A stretch of DNA of 61,977 nt, filler included, from Choristocarpus tenellus KU-1152 (Eukaryota > Protista > Phaeophyceae): assembly GCA_964200185.2 (NCBI GenBank). It is 6 parts of 6 records of this genome, joined end to end, with 100 filler letters (N's around TTAATTAATTAA, not from the genome) between each part and the next. Parts side by side here need not be neighbours in the genome. Positions count along the whole stretch, not along the records: positions 25,128 to 55,303 come from CAXNAD020000092.1; 5 more parts are not named here. One strand, written 5' to 3'. The notes beneath the pieces were generated by a model. The model was not told where the DNA came from. It saw nothing but the letters and a program-made list of their open reading frames with translations, and did no database searches. Below are positions 26,300-39,145 of this stretch, piece after piece. Each line of letters starts with the position of its first letter. Positions within the stretch are counted from its first letter, which is position 1. The position numbers were made by a program, and so were the translations under genes.

Positions 26300-26680
26300 T
26301 CAACCCACGCATTTAGATACAATACCACCACGACATCTTCTAAATCCATCCGTAACATAATCCAACTCGTCCTCTGAGGACCAATCAAGCAGGAGCTCCT
26401 TGCAATTCATGATTGTAGGCACAACCCTCCTCCTGGTCATCTTGTATGTTGCTGTCTTGATGATGACGGTGGTGTCCATGAGTTCATAGACACTGCCGCC
26501 AACCAGAAACTGGAGACTGCAGGGAAGTGTCCATTCAGCTGGAACAGTCCAGTTTTGGAAGGGGTCCATCCTCTTTTGCCCTTTCAGCGAATGGTGTACA
26601 GACTGTCTTTGTTCTAATTGCTCACCTTGAATCCTGGCATTGGGGATGTTACCCAACATCTTCTTATATTTCCCTTGTTG
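26300..26680 (-). CDS. Possible orphan coding exon of unknown function
   Basis: About 125 open codons with globular-protein-like composition (GKYKKMLGNIPNARIQ..LLLDWSSEDELDYVTDGFRRC) after a candidate AG acceptor; no recognised motif or partner exon. Confidence 0.3.
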   Translation of the reverse strand, partial: QQGKYKKMLGNIPNARIQGEQLEQRQSVHHSLKGQKRMDPFQNWTVPAEWTLPCSLQFLVGGSVYELMDTTVIIKTATYKMTRRRVVPTIMNCKELLLDWSSEDELDYVTDGFRRCRGGIVSKCVG

Positions 26681-27492
26681 CATAGTGTGTGTGGCATGAT
26701 GTATGAGTGGTGTGAGGTGGATGGGTTTTCGAAGTTGACTGGTAGTTCGAGGTAGGAGGGAGGTCTTGGCTTCTGGTTTTTGAAATCCACAGTTACCATT
26801 CCTTGGATCGCCACACATAACACTCACACACACACACACACACACACAAGCAATCCATTTTTTTGCTCTTACAGAGCAAAAATGACAAATCCATGTAGGG
26901 ATTTATAGTGTTAATGTCGTTGTAACCATTTATAATGTACATGATTTGTAAGGTTGGAACCTTTTCGTGGTTTGTGAGGGATGAATAATTTATAATAAAA
27001 CTATAACATTTTCACAAGAAACTCAGTTCAACAGATAGTTCTTCATCATTTTGCTGAGTTTTATTATTGGTCCAAAACGACAATTCATGGTACTTGGTTT
27101 ATGGACTCTTGATCGATTAACTAGATAGTAGTTATTTATAGGAGTTGTTTATCCGGTGGTTGGTTCGTAAGTTTTATGACCACATTCTTCGTTTCCAAGG
27201 TTCTGCCACCTAGTATGACTACATATTTTTAATCATTTTTCAATCATGGACGCCTGATAGACACTACTTGTTGATTGGGAGTTTTATCTTCCCTAAGTGG
27301 ATCAGAGGTGGAGCTTTGGGACAAACCACAGAGCACCTTGTTGGCTTATTGGAAGTGGGGAGGGACCCATTGGCTTGAGAGGGGAGTGATCCGGTGGTGA
27401 TTTCTGGGTGGGCTCCAACCGGGTGTTTATGACCAATCGCAGAGTTTTGTCCCTCTTGATTGCCAGGTGTCTATTTTGTTGAAACAAACTGG

Positions 27493-30400
27493 ATGACGAT
27501 AGCGGCTAGATTTGAGGCAAGAGGAATGTTGAATTTTAAACGTGAAGTGGAAAGTCCCCTGTCGGCATCAGTTGGTCCTTCCTCGGGTTCAACGACGACG
27601 GGCTTTAAGAAGGTGAGATTTCATCATCGGATTCTTGCCTCATACCCTTGGTTTGTCTTTACATTAATAAGTTTGGGGTAAGTTTTTTTTTGTGGCGTTG
27701 GACAAGTCTTGATATTGGACTGGACCTGTTAACATAGTTTCATGTCGTGGAATTTTATTTCTAGGTTGGTTTGGAGGTGGGGTTCGTACCTCCTCCAAGG
27801 TCAATTCCACACAACCCATGTTGAAGATTGTCTAGAAATTGGGATCGAGCGTGCGTTCGCCCACGACGGTCGAGGTTGAATAAAAGTCCTTGTCTTTTCC
27901 CTCAGCCGTCTAGTCTGTTGTGAGGGTTGGACTTCCTGTGATGAATATTATGTTCTCTGTGGTAGGAATCTACAATACATTTTCACTCCCTCGACCTTGT
28001 TTTCTGTGGCGTAGTTAAGATAAGACACTGTTAGAAAGCGAGTATGCCCGTTTGAACTACATTACATTTCCGATGCTAATTGCACTGCACTAATATGCAA
28101 GGAAATTGCATGTTCTAGGGTAATGTGAATCGATAAGAAAACAACATTCCAAGATACTTTGTGTTGGAATGTTGGGGTTGTTACGAGGAGTACTTTTTTT
28201 GTTCAATTTGGAAAAATCGTCGCGCCACATAAATTCTTGGGAAGAGTGATGACCACGCAATCCTTCCGATGGTGTTAGGTTGAAGAGACATAGTTGCTTC
28301 CATATATAATATAACTTAGGATCCCAAATGCCTTGGGGAAAACAGTGGTGTGAGAGTATTTTCGTGGGGAGAGGGCTAGTATTTGCTTCGTCCTGGTCTA
28401 TCGAGCTTTGTTCCAATACTTGAAAACCACTTTTTGGTTTAGACGGAGGGCGTATAGATTCGCATTACAAGCTAGGTCAAAGTCTTTGTACTCTCTTGTG
28501 TAGGTAGATTTGTTGACCTGTTATGCCACTTGTCGTACTGTTGTAAGTGCTGAGGTGCTTGGCACTGTTCTTTCTCACTATATAAATCTTCCTTTTGTTG
28601 GTGAGCTCAGAAAATTATTGGCAGAGAATTTAGCTAAGTGTGTTGGTGAAAGTATGATACCAAAGGCTTAAGCCACCTCTGGGTCGCATGACTGAAGTCC
28701 AAATGTAGAGTGAGTCAAACCTGTACTGGGAAGTGCATCAAGTTTTGTCTGGGTTGATAACCGATTTTACAATTTGGAATGCTGATAATGGAAAACTGAG
28801 CTGAAACATCACCTGAGGTTGTTAAGCCTTGTTATATGCATGGACAGGTGTAGGTCTCTTCACTCTTTGTGGTACCCCAGATAATAGCAGTGATGTTTGG
28901 ATTGAAATATTGTCCATCCGAAAAATCTAGGAATAAAATTTCTGATGTCCTTCGAAAATTAAGCCTAATGCTCGTTTCCTTTCATTTCAATGAAACATGT
29001 CGACCTTGCTTCATTATAAGTCATCCATTTGTTTCTCAATGGAGATTTTTGTGTTTGTTGTTGGCTGCCCTTTTTTGGTCCATTCCTCTCAATGAGTGCA
29101 ATCAATGTGTACATGTTGTTGTAGTAGATCTTGTAGTGGACAGTGGACATTTCTGAACATTGAGTTTTGTGGTAAGAGTAGTGGTGAGTATGTCTTTGAC
29201 TTTTTGTGGTAAGAGTAGTGGTGAGTATGTCTTTGACTTTTTGTCATCATTGGTTAATGTCCCATGGGTTGACCACTGAGAACACTGGTAAAAGTTGCTT
29301 TTCCGAAAAACGCCCCCCTCCATTGTCTGCAACGTGTTTGTACCATTTTTTAGAGATACAGTTTTGTTGTAGATTATGGACAGAGTGGCGATATTGATGA
29401 GTGGACACACCCAGAAGACATTTTACCTGTTGTTGCTTACTCTGTGCCAAGTAACCTGTTGCCAATATGTTTATTGAAAGCACTTAGAGGGGGTGATTCA
29501 GCTTGTAGAGTGTTATCCGTGTCAAAAGGGTGGTCACACTACTTACCCCCCCAGGGTATATTGAGCAATCAGTTGTGGAGCTAGTCTGCATGGATATGTG
29601 CTTGTCAATATTGAGTTTTGCTCATGAGTCATGCATGAACAAAACTATGTTGTAAGTTCTCCTCCACGCAAGAGAACTGTCTTGATTAACAGGGTTTCCA
29701 TCACCTTGGCAGGTGTTTTTATGTTCCTTTGTGAGTTTTTTTTGTGCATACCATGGGCTTTCATCTTTTATGTGTTTACACATATACAGAAATGTTTTTT
29801 TTAATGTATTTTTATTCTGCACAAAAGTGTTTTCATTACTATGTTATCCTTAGCTGATACTACATGTTTTGTTTGATATGGGGAAGGGGGAGGGGGAATA
29901 TCATGATCTGCCTGCAACAGTCTACCACTAGCTTGAGAGCCCTGTGTGTGTTGCTATATTATTAGTCTAGGCACTCGACTCAGGGATGTGAAAAACATAG
30001 CTATAGGGATTAAGCTTTACTTATATTACCAAGTCCCTGCTGTTGCTGTGTATGCTGTCCTTCACTATCCCTAGCAATTATCTCACCAGATGTGGTGACA
30101 ATACAGACTAGGCCATTGCTTGTCATCTTTATCTTGAGGATGTGCTTGTTGCCAAAGTCTTGTGTGCTGGAGGTTGGTGATTCCAGAGGGTATGCATTTG
30201 TAACATTTGAGAGACAGTATCAATATCAATATCGGTATCGGTATCGGTATCAGTATCCTTGCACTGTTTTATTTTAGTTTCTAGACACTGCATACTCTAT
30301 TTTTAATTTTTCTTTAGTGAAGAATCTAGAAGATGACCTGTGGTCCAAAAGGGGGTATGCCCTTGCATATTTGGACTGAAAGGGGTACAGGATAGCAATG

Positions 30401-33400
30401 GTGTGTATGTGGGCTATTTTGAATGTTGTTTGGTGCCTCTTCTTTGGATCACAATTTTCTTTGGGACCTTTCTTGTATATTCACTAGTTGGTTGTGATGT
30501 GTGAGAGATAACAAGTATCACTATTTTATTTTGTTTTGTCCCTGCAATAAAGCCTTCTGACCACAAATAAAAACTGCTGAGAAAATAGGAAAGTCATGGT
30601 CAACGTCCTACACTCTCCCACTACACCAGATTTAGCATACACCCTCTCATCTGGGTTTACCTACGCTTGTATGGTGTTTGCTTTGGCTTAGTGTCTTTTT
30701 TTGTAAAATTTTGTTTTATTTTTTACTATTGGGGGGTTGGTTGTATGGTAATATTTTTTAGAAAGGTAGGAAAATTATTACATGGATAATCAACATTTCT
30801 GTCACTGGAATTGTTTTTTCTTGCTTTAGCTAGGGAATTCTCATTCACTTCCTGTTACAATTCAATCCTCACATAAGGCAAAAATGGTGAATGTTATTTC
30901 AATATGGACTAATGTGCCTCCAACCTGTCTGCTAGTGGATGACATTGATAGCATTGATGACATTGATGACATTGGTGACATTGAAGCGATGTTGGGAGGA
31001 TGGGGAATGGCTTGTACAACACACATAAAAAAAAGCTTGTTGAAGGGTACACGCACAGAAAAGTGATTGATATAGGGTATAGCCCATGCATACCGGACCA
31101 AAAGAGGTACAACTTTGTGTATCTCTTGCGACTCACATTACTTAGTCCTTTTGTACAGGGAATGGCTTACAAGCAAGTTTCCTTTTGGCCCATTCTGTAC
31201 TCTCTTTAGTCCATTCCTCCTTCGCCATTGTTGGTCAGTTCCAGCCAGTACATATGTTGCTGATTAACCAACTGTTGCAAGTGAGTATGAATATGCAAGT
31301 GTACTGCTCATGGGCCTTGCCCATGATGTGAAGTAGCCATTGATGTGTCCAACCAAAGTTTTGATCATGGGGGTTGGAGATTATCCTGCAGCTATTTCTG
31401 CTGACGAAGTGGTAGGAGGTTAAAGGTCTTCTTGCCCTTTAAATAACTCTATACTATGTTGTTCAATGATTGCAAGAGTGTAACCTTCTAATGCAATGGT
31501 ACTGTGGATGGACAGGTTTAATTGAAGTAGGGTTTTATGATGGGTTTATGCTATCATGTTTTGATGTTCTTTTTATTGTTGGCCTGTACTTTATTGCAGT
31601 GGTATAACTTTGGCCCGAGATGGATGATATACCACATACTGAATAACTTTGTGCTCAAATGAGACTAATATTACTGGCGAAGTTTATGCTTCTGCGAATG
31701 AGTCGTAGTTTTTTGATAGGTTGACGGCAGTGAAGGAAATATTTGATGCTCAATAGCACTGGCTCACATTTGTTCTATTCCCCTTGGTCTACTGTTCTCT
31801 CTGATAACCTTGACCCATCCATGGCCTGCAATAGTGTGTACTCTCATTGACCTCTCCTGTCCATGGCTTGTGACTTGTGCCATCCACCAGGTCAACTCCC
31901 AAAACACACCAACATGGTTGCCACATGCAAAGTCAAATCAGGAGCGTCGAGATAGAGAGATAGATGGAACCGAGCGGCTTGAAAAAATTTCCCATAGTCA
32001 GCGCAAGTTTGCTGCCCAGTTCAGTCTTTCTAGTCTTTCTAGTGATGAAGTCACACAGAGGAAGATCAAAGAAGGCACTTTGGTTGGGGGTAGCCGTTGG
32101 GTGACAGACAAATCTGGTCAACAGTCATCTAAGCAGCAATCTTCTGGGGAACAGTTGGGGGATACAGTACCAAACCTGGGTACGGAGAACAAATCAAAGA
32201 AAGACGAGGCGGAGTCCTTGTCACCACAACAGGTGGAGCAGGCTGAAGCGAGCAGTAGCTCCAGCAAGGTATGCTACAAGGGTGACCAAAGTTCAAGTCC
32301 TGGGAAAGATGAAAAATCTGACAAGGGGTGTGGTAGCAAGGTCTCTGGTTCCTTGTCTGAACAGGAAAATTCTCCTTCAGCCTCACCCACCAACACCATT
32401 AAGAAAGAGGTAAGTGCACTTTGCCCTTTTGAGGGTATTCCCTCTCATTGGTGCAACGTGGTTGGAGGAGATAATGGATGGACTGGTTTGTAGTTGCTAA
32501 GAATATCGATTGTAACAGTTTGAGGGGGTTGCTCTGTCAATTTTATAGGTGATGATATCTTCTGCCAAGGTCAAGATACCTCACACTGTTGTAAATGCAG
32601 TGGTGTTGGATTACTAGTCTCACCTCTCTCCTTGATCGCTGCATAGATGTATTTAGTCTTGATTTTGCATACCAGGGGGGTATTAATGAAAAGTGCACTT
32701 TTGACTTATTTTGCCTGCCTATACACCACTCCCCACATAAGAAAACATGACATTTTTGAGTTTGAGGGATAGCACCCACCATGGTTGTGAACAGATCGTC
32801 ATATGAATGTATATATATTTTTTTCAGCTATGTAGTTGGCAGGTTTTTTGTTATGTATGTATCCATGAAGTATTATACCTCACCCAATGGAGTGTGAGCT
32901 CTTGACAATGGGAGTACTGCAGTGGAAAGAAATGTAAGCAGTTCATGTCTTCCACATGACCTAGGAAGTTTGTTTTTTTCCTCTGACTAGGGTCATGCTC
33001 AACACTCAATACAGTGATGCCACAGTCTGTCCAAGTCTTCCTAGTAACTGCTCCATTAATATAAAAATATAAAAAATATAATCACTTACAGGCCGGTGTT
33101 GTGAAGGGACCATGGACCAAGGAGGAAGACCAGGTTGTAATTGACTGCATTGCACAAAACATAACTAAGTGGTCTGAGATTGCTGAGCGTATTGAGGGTC
33201 GCATTGGAAAGCAGTGCCGCGAACGCTGGTTCAACCATCTTGATCCATCTTTGAAGAAGAGCAGCTGGTCTGCAGAGGAGGATGCCATCCTTGTTGAGGC
33301 ACAAGCCCGCTATGGCAACAGGTGTGTGTTGATGGTACAAAATGGTACACGATGGTACACAATTAAATTTGGAGCTTTCACCAGCAAGGGAATGAGATAT

Positions 33401-36400
33401 TGGTGACATGTCCAATTGTCGTGTGCGCTAGTTCACACATATAATGGAGAGGGGTAAGCCTTGATAGTCAAATGACTGTCCAGCATTCTGAAAGTGTGTG
33501 AAAAGTGAAACTTTGTTGAAAATGTAAGATAATGGTGGCTTGAGGTCAGATCAGCAATTGTACAACAGTGGTGAGTGGTGTTAGGGAGAGTGTGTCTCAA
33601 TCAACATGTTGAAGCTCAGTTCTGATGTTTTCATCCACACTCAATCAACTCCTTCTGTTTTTTTGGCATTTCTTGGTGTGATGGCCATTGACATTGTTGG
33701 TGTGCATGAAACGATTGGGGACAACAGCTGGACTAAAATAGCAAAGCTACTGCCTGGAAGATCAGAGAACACAGTGAAGAATCGGTGGAACTCTGCAGCC
33801 CGCCGTAAGGCCAAGACAAGAAGTGCTCTCCCTGGAGGAGACATGCAACTACGAATGCAGAGTGAGGTAATAACTTTGACATTATCAGAGTCATTGCCAT
33901 CGTTACCCTTGTCTTGGCTGCTATTTTTGAAGTGTTGCAGTATTTATCTCCCATGGAAGTCCACTTTGTCTTGAGGTGTATGTTGCATCAGGCTGTAATG
34001 TTTCCATTTGCAGGGGGATATTTGCGCTGACTAGGGCTATAGTTTGAGTGAACCACCGATGCATGATGTAGACATTATACTGTTTTGAGATGGAAGTCCT
34101 TTGAGTTATGTCCCACCTACTGGGTGGCACGTTAAAGTTGATGTAGTTGCACTACTTGTACAGTACAAACTATCTCACAAACTGAAGTAAAAAACTCTTG
34201 TCTGATAGTATTTGAGCAAATTTCTCAAATCATTCAGTCTGACGCACAAAGGACGTAAGGGTTGTATGGTTTGATTGTATGGTTTGATTGTATGGTTTGA
34301 TTGTATGGTTTGATTGTATGGTTTGGACATGAGTGCAACAGTGTTTTCCTGTTTTAGAGGACTTTTCGTCGGACTAGGAAAACACAAAGGGAACAGTCTA
34401 TTGTTGTTGGGCTCCAATATTTTCTGACTTGTCCAGACCTCATCCAAGAATCAGAACCTGTCTGAACTACAGGGCAGACGGGTTCCAATATTTGCTGACT
34501 GCCCAAATGGGGTCCTACCCAAGTATTGGAACCTGTCCAGTCTGCAAGCCAGAAAGATTCAGATATTTTTGGACAGTTTCAGACCAGTGCGGTCATAAAT
34601 TTAAAGTGGACCAAATGGGCCATGGGCTGGTGTACATCCCACTTTAAACATGTAGACCATACAAGGCCGACCCAGTCTAAGCCTACTTGGGTTTTACACC
34701 AATGAAAGGAAGGAGGGTGGTTAAAAGCTTGTGTACAAAAATACCTTTATTGGGATAAATAAAGGACATATTTTGACCCAGCTGGCCCAGTCCATCTTAA
34801 CTGGATCGGTCTGATAAGAAGGACTTTCTTATCCATGGCTATCAACTATTTCAGCATAGTAAGGCCGCAAGCCAGTCTGGTAACTGTATATTTTCTCATG
34901 GGGTCAGTCAATGGCTATCAACCATTTTGACATGTCCAGGCCATAGCCCAGGCATGCGGCCATGGCTTGGACCCTAACCAAGCTACCTGCCCAAACTGAT
35001 GAAAAGCCATGCTATAATTGGACAGTCATTTTGACAGTGTCATATTTGGGTAAACTTAAGAACACAATTTTTTTTAATGGATTTTTTTTTCAGTCTCTTG
35101 GCACTTGGTTGCCTTTTTTGTTAAACCTTGTTTACTGTATTTACCGTATTTTCATTATTTGAAATGGTACCTTCACCTAGAGTAGAGTACAACAGAATGC
35201 AAACAAAATGGGCATTTGATGCAACTCCATTACTGAAATTAAACATTGTATCCAGGAGCTTGGCAGAGAGGTACACCTTCATGGTATGTGCATTGTATGT
35301 GCATAGTCTGGTAACTTTGTTTTAATTGTCAAGAGTGCCATCTACCAGCAGCCCATATGGTGATGCTCTCCAACGTCAACTGTATAGTGTATACTGTACT
35401 GTACCTTCAACTTCTTTAATATTCTGTTTACATTTGTTTCTGGCACCTAACACAGTTTGGGGGTAACGCAGCAGCTGCCACTATGGCAACAGGCCTTTGC
35501 CAAGGGTCAGTAGGGTGGCAACAGCCTTCTCTGCCCTTGCAACTACAAGTGGGAGGGACGTTCGCCCAGGTGGGCTGCATGATCTATTGTGAATAGCCTG
35601 TCCAGTCACCTCAAAATTGCGTTTGTTTTCGAGGTTTCCTGCTTTTTGAGGTTTGTTGTGTGGTGGTGGTCTTGAAATTGTGCTCCATATAAATGCTGCG
35701 GCAATCATGCGGTAATTCCTTGGGTTATATAATTAATTATGATTTTCTCTTCAATTTTTACAAAACACCTTCAACCAAGACTAAACAAAAGCAATGTGCA
35801 TGCCAGTTGGATCACACTCCATTTTTTCCCCTCATCGCTGAATTTCTTCCTATTTACCAGGGTCAACCTAACCAGCAGCAACATCTCCAGTTGGCTCTGA
35901 TTCAGCAACCATCTGGTCAACTCCAGTACGTTGTGGTGCCATCCACTCCTGTACCTACACCACAAGTGCAGGCTCTGCAAGGGCAAACTGCACCGGGGGT
36001 CTGGCTTTCATTGAATCAGTTGCCAGGGGCAATACAACCCCCAGTGCAAGCAAGATATCCTGTGAATGGACTGCAGGCACCTATGGACCAACTGGGGCAG
36101 ATGAAGGATGCTTCCATCCCACAAATTTCAAGTGTGCAGCAAGGGCTGGGACTAGTCGGGGTGGGGCAGCAAGGGCTGGGACGGCTGGAGGTGGGCCAGC
36201 AAGGTCTCAGGTCTAACACTATTGATTCAGGTGTTACCCTTGGTTCAGGTATTGCTCTTGGTCAGGACCTTACACTCTCACAGCAGCAACAACGAATCCA
36301 TCAAGTGGTACAAATCAACCAGAATGGTCACCTTGTCACCCCATCCACTCTTGCTTCAACTGCAGTTAATGAAAGTTTTGAGGAAGGCAGAGTCAAGCTT

Positions 36401-36874
36401 ATGGCAAAGTCACATTGCGAGAGTATCGGAAGGGTAGGAGCACCCACTGCTGTGTCAATGGACACTCCTCAAGGATGTATTCAGAACGCTTCTTTGTCCA
36501 GTGAGTCCAAGGCTGATACATTGGAAGGAGAGGATCTTCTTTCACTCTCCATTTTCAACATGTCACTAGACCAAAGTGGCATTTTTAACACCTTCACAGA
36601 TGAAGTTGATGGGGTAAGAATTGATGGGGCAGTAGATGGTGCTTGCCGAGCTACACAAAACATCTCTGGGCGTCATGACCAAGCGCTACAGGTGCAAATT
36701 CCCAATATGCAAGCCCCCAATGACCAATGTCGTGTGGTGACCAACAACTCTTTGGGGATTGGTGAGGGTGGCAATCTGGACTTCGGTAGTACCGGCATGA
36801 GTCACTTACTACTGAATAGCAGGAGAAATTGGTCAGATCCACTTGCTGGCAGTCAGAGAAAGTCAGGAGATTGA
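27493..36874 (+). CDS. R2R3-type Myb transcription factor with Gln/Pro-rich C-terminal region
   Basis: Confident exons: 31891-32409; 33092-33321 (KGPWTKEEDQVV..KWSEIAERIEGRIGKQCRERWFNHLDPSLKKSSWSAEEDAIL); 33728-33866 (WTKIAKLLPGRSENTVKNRWNS); 35861-36874. Probable exons: 27493-27612 (first) and 35456-35569. Phases are consistent; the first exon is tentative. Confidence 0.9.
29165..29244. repeat. Perfect 37-bp tandem duplication
   Basis: TTTTGTGGTAAGAGTAGTGGTGAGTATGTCTTTGACT x2 plus a partial copy. Confidence 0.9.
30218..30257. repeat. Hexamer microsatellite (TATCAA/TATCGG)n
   Basis: Direct reading of the sequence. Confidence 0.85.
30938..30984. repeat. 9-bp minisatellite (GATGACATT)n
   Basis: About 5 imperfect copies. 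Confidence 0.85.
34262..34325. repeat. 13-bp minisatellite (TTGTATGGTTTGA)x5 in a Myb intron
   Basis: Direct reading of the sequence. Confidence 0.9.
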
Positions 36875-38014
36875 TGACCATGTGGGGCATACTTTGTACA
36901 GTGTTGCGTTTTAAAGCACAATTTGTTCATTTGTGTCTCCCATTGGGTTCATGCTGTTTATTTCATGCCTTTTGTCAGTTCTTAACATCACATTTCACCT
37001 TAAAACGATAGTTGACCTTAAAACATGTTACAACTGGGAAATTCACGTTGGAGCACTTCAAGCATGACAGTATCCTTTCATTATCATAGGTCGGGGGAGG
37101 GGGGGAGCTTTGATGGGTCAATACTTCATACATACCCTGACCTATCTTCAGTAATTCTATGTTGTACTGAAAAACATGAGCCTTCAGAATATGGAGCTTT
37201 TGATTGTGTATCACATTGATAGAGTAGCACAAAAGGACAGGGTTCAGTGTGAAGATTGATAATATGTTGGGTTGATCAACTTTATGGCATTATTGAAAGT
37301 TGGAATGATTGCTGTGTGTGTGAGAATTGATTCTTGCTCAAGTTGTCCAGACCTAGATTGTATGTGTGCACCAGTCATTTGCTGTGGTGATGCTGGGACT
37401 TACTCTGGAATAGTTTGTACTTCTCTTTTGTGGTTACGCAACATAGATCTTCAGGACCTATCTTGTACCCGTCTGTGGTGGTACTCTGTGCGAGGGCCTT
37501 TATCATACATGTGTATTGTGAACCTTTGTGTATTGACAGAATTTTTTCCAACACCGTATGTGATGGTTTTATTTAGCTGTTGACCCGTTCTGTATCTGTA
37601 ATCATCGTAAAATAGTTTACCAATAATTCATCTATAATAGACAATGACATAACTAATTTGGAAACCTCTAGCTCTACTTTACTAAAGTTGCTTGGTGTTG
37701 CTCATGTGATTGTTATTACATGAGCAAGCAAAGTCCAAAGACCTTCGAAGGCTAGCTGTAAGGACATCATTCACTCACTGCTTAGGGTCTTCGTGCATTG
37801 ATCCCGATTTTGCACCGAAGATGGGCACAGCCTGAATGTTGGGTTGCGAACATAAACAAAGTCACTACCAACAGCTACTAGCTTTGGTGCTAATTTGCTG
37901 CTGTCAGTGTAATTAAGACCTGCGTTTCTTTGTATGATACACAGGAAAGGGTGCTGAGGAGGTTGGAAGTAGTGTCGAATAGTTTTGTGTGGTTTATTTG
38001 ATGTTATGGTGGTA

Positions 38015-38364
38015 CTCCCTCTGTCCCATAAGTCTGTTCCTTTATGCATGTACCTCTTTGGGATAACCCCCGATTTCAAAACAGATTTTTGCGTTGGATT
38101 CCTCGAAAAAAATTATGCAAGATGAGGTATAGTTGAAAAAACATATCCCGAAATTGTTCTGAAAATAAGGAAGAGAGGTTAGTTAAGCAGGCATAGACCC
38201 ACAAGAAGGCACTGAATTGGTTGATTGACAGCGTTGAGTGAAAGCGAGGAAAGGTATTCTAATGAAATAAACATCAATAAATCCAATGCCAAAATCCGTT
38301 TGAAATCGGAGGCCATCCCAAAGCGTTACATGCATAAAGAAACAGACTTATGGGACAGAGGGAA
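38015..38364. mobile_element. Stowaway-like (Tc1/mariner) MITE, 350 bp, TA TSD
   Basis: TA-CTCCCTCTGTCCCATAAGTCTGTTCCTTTATGCATGTA ... TACATGCATAAAGAAACAGACTTATGGGACAGAGGGAA-TA. TIRs are about 85 bp and the terminus matches the Stowaway consensus CTCCCTCCGT. Confidence 0.9.
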
Positions 38365-38878
38365 TATAATGTAAGTTCCACTGTGATCATGGAGTAGCTG
38401 AAAAATACTTAAAAGTAGAAGAACAACAATTTGTCACTCTTTTTCTCTTGTGTGGAATGGGTCTGCATACAGAACTCAGCCTATGAAAGCACCTGTTTCA
38501 AGTAGAAGGATTTGTAAGAAGCAATGGAACTTGGAGAGTTTGACTTGAAGCGACCTTGAAGAAATGTGTGTCTTTATGATAGTTCCTCTGGTACATGAAG
38601 AGTCAGCAAACAAAAGTTGACATTTCGAAACATCACACTAAATTTTTGGGTCATCTTTTGGAAGAATCTTTGATGAAATGAATGAGGAGAGTCTTGAGCA
38701 GGGAGGAGTGCTGAGACTGTAGTGCCTCACGTTGTTATGGTACATGATAATAGTAAGGGTCCAGTCCACTAACCTTGGTCGAACAGTGCACAGAAAGGAC
38801 CCAGACCGTGGAATTTATGTTTTGACTAATTCCTACTACATTATAAAAAAGTGTGGTGACGGTCTCGAATATGAACAA

Positions 38879-39145
38879 GTATCAGCCTATCTTAGAGGAG
38901 GCTGCCAATGAGTATTTGGAGCCCCTGTGACAGCCTTTTATTACATGACGAACTTCTAGGATTCTAGAGGGCGATTTTATGCTTGTATGAATGAAAACTA
39001 ATGTTATGCCTTCTCATCTATACCCGGACCCTCCTGAGTGGGGTTCCCTATTTTAGGCACGGAAATAGTGTGTCAGTCCAAAGATTTAGAAATCCTACTC
39101 ACTCAAAATGATCTAAATAGACCTCCCTCTAAGATACGATGACTG
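38879..39145. mobile_element. Degenerate ~265 bp TIR element (AAAGTATCT clan)
   Basis: Left end TCAGCCTATCTTAGAGGAGG and right end CCTCCCTCTAAGATACGATGA. Confidence 0.55.

Noticed and set aside
29165-29244. 37-bp direct repeat resembling a CRISPR repeat
   Set aside because: The copies are adjacent with no spacer, the context is a eukaryotic intron, and there are no cas genes.
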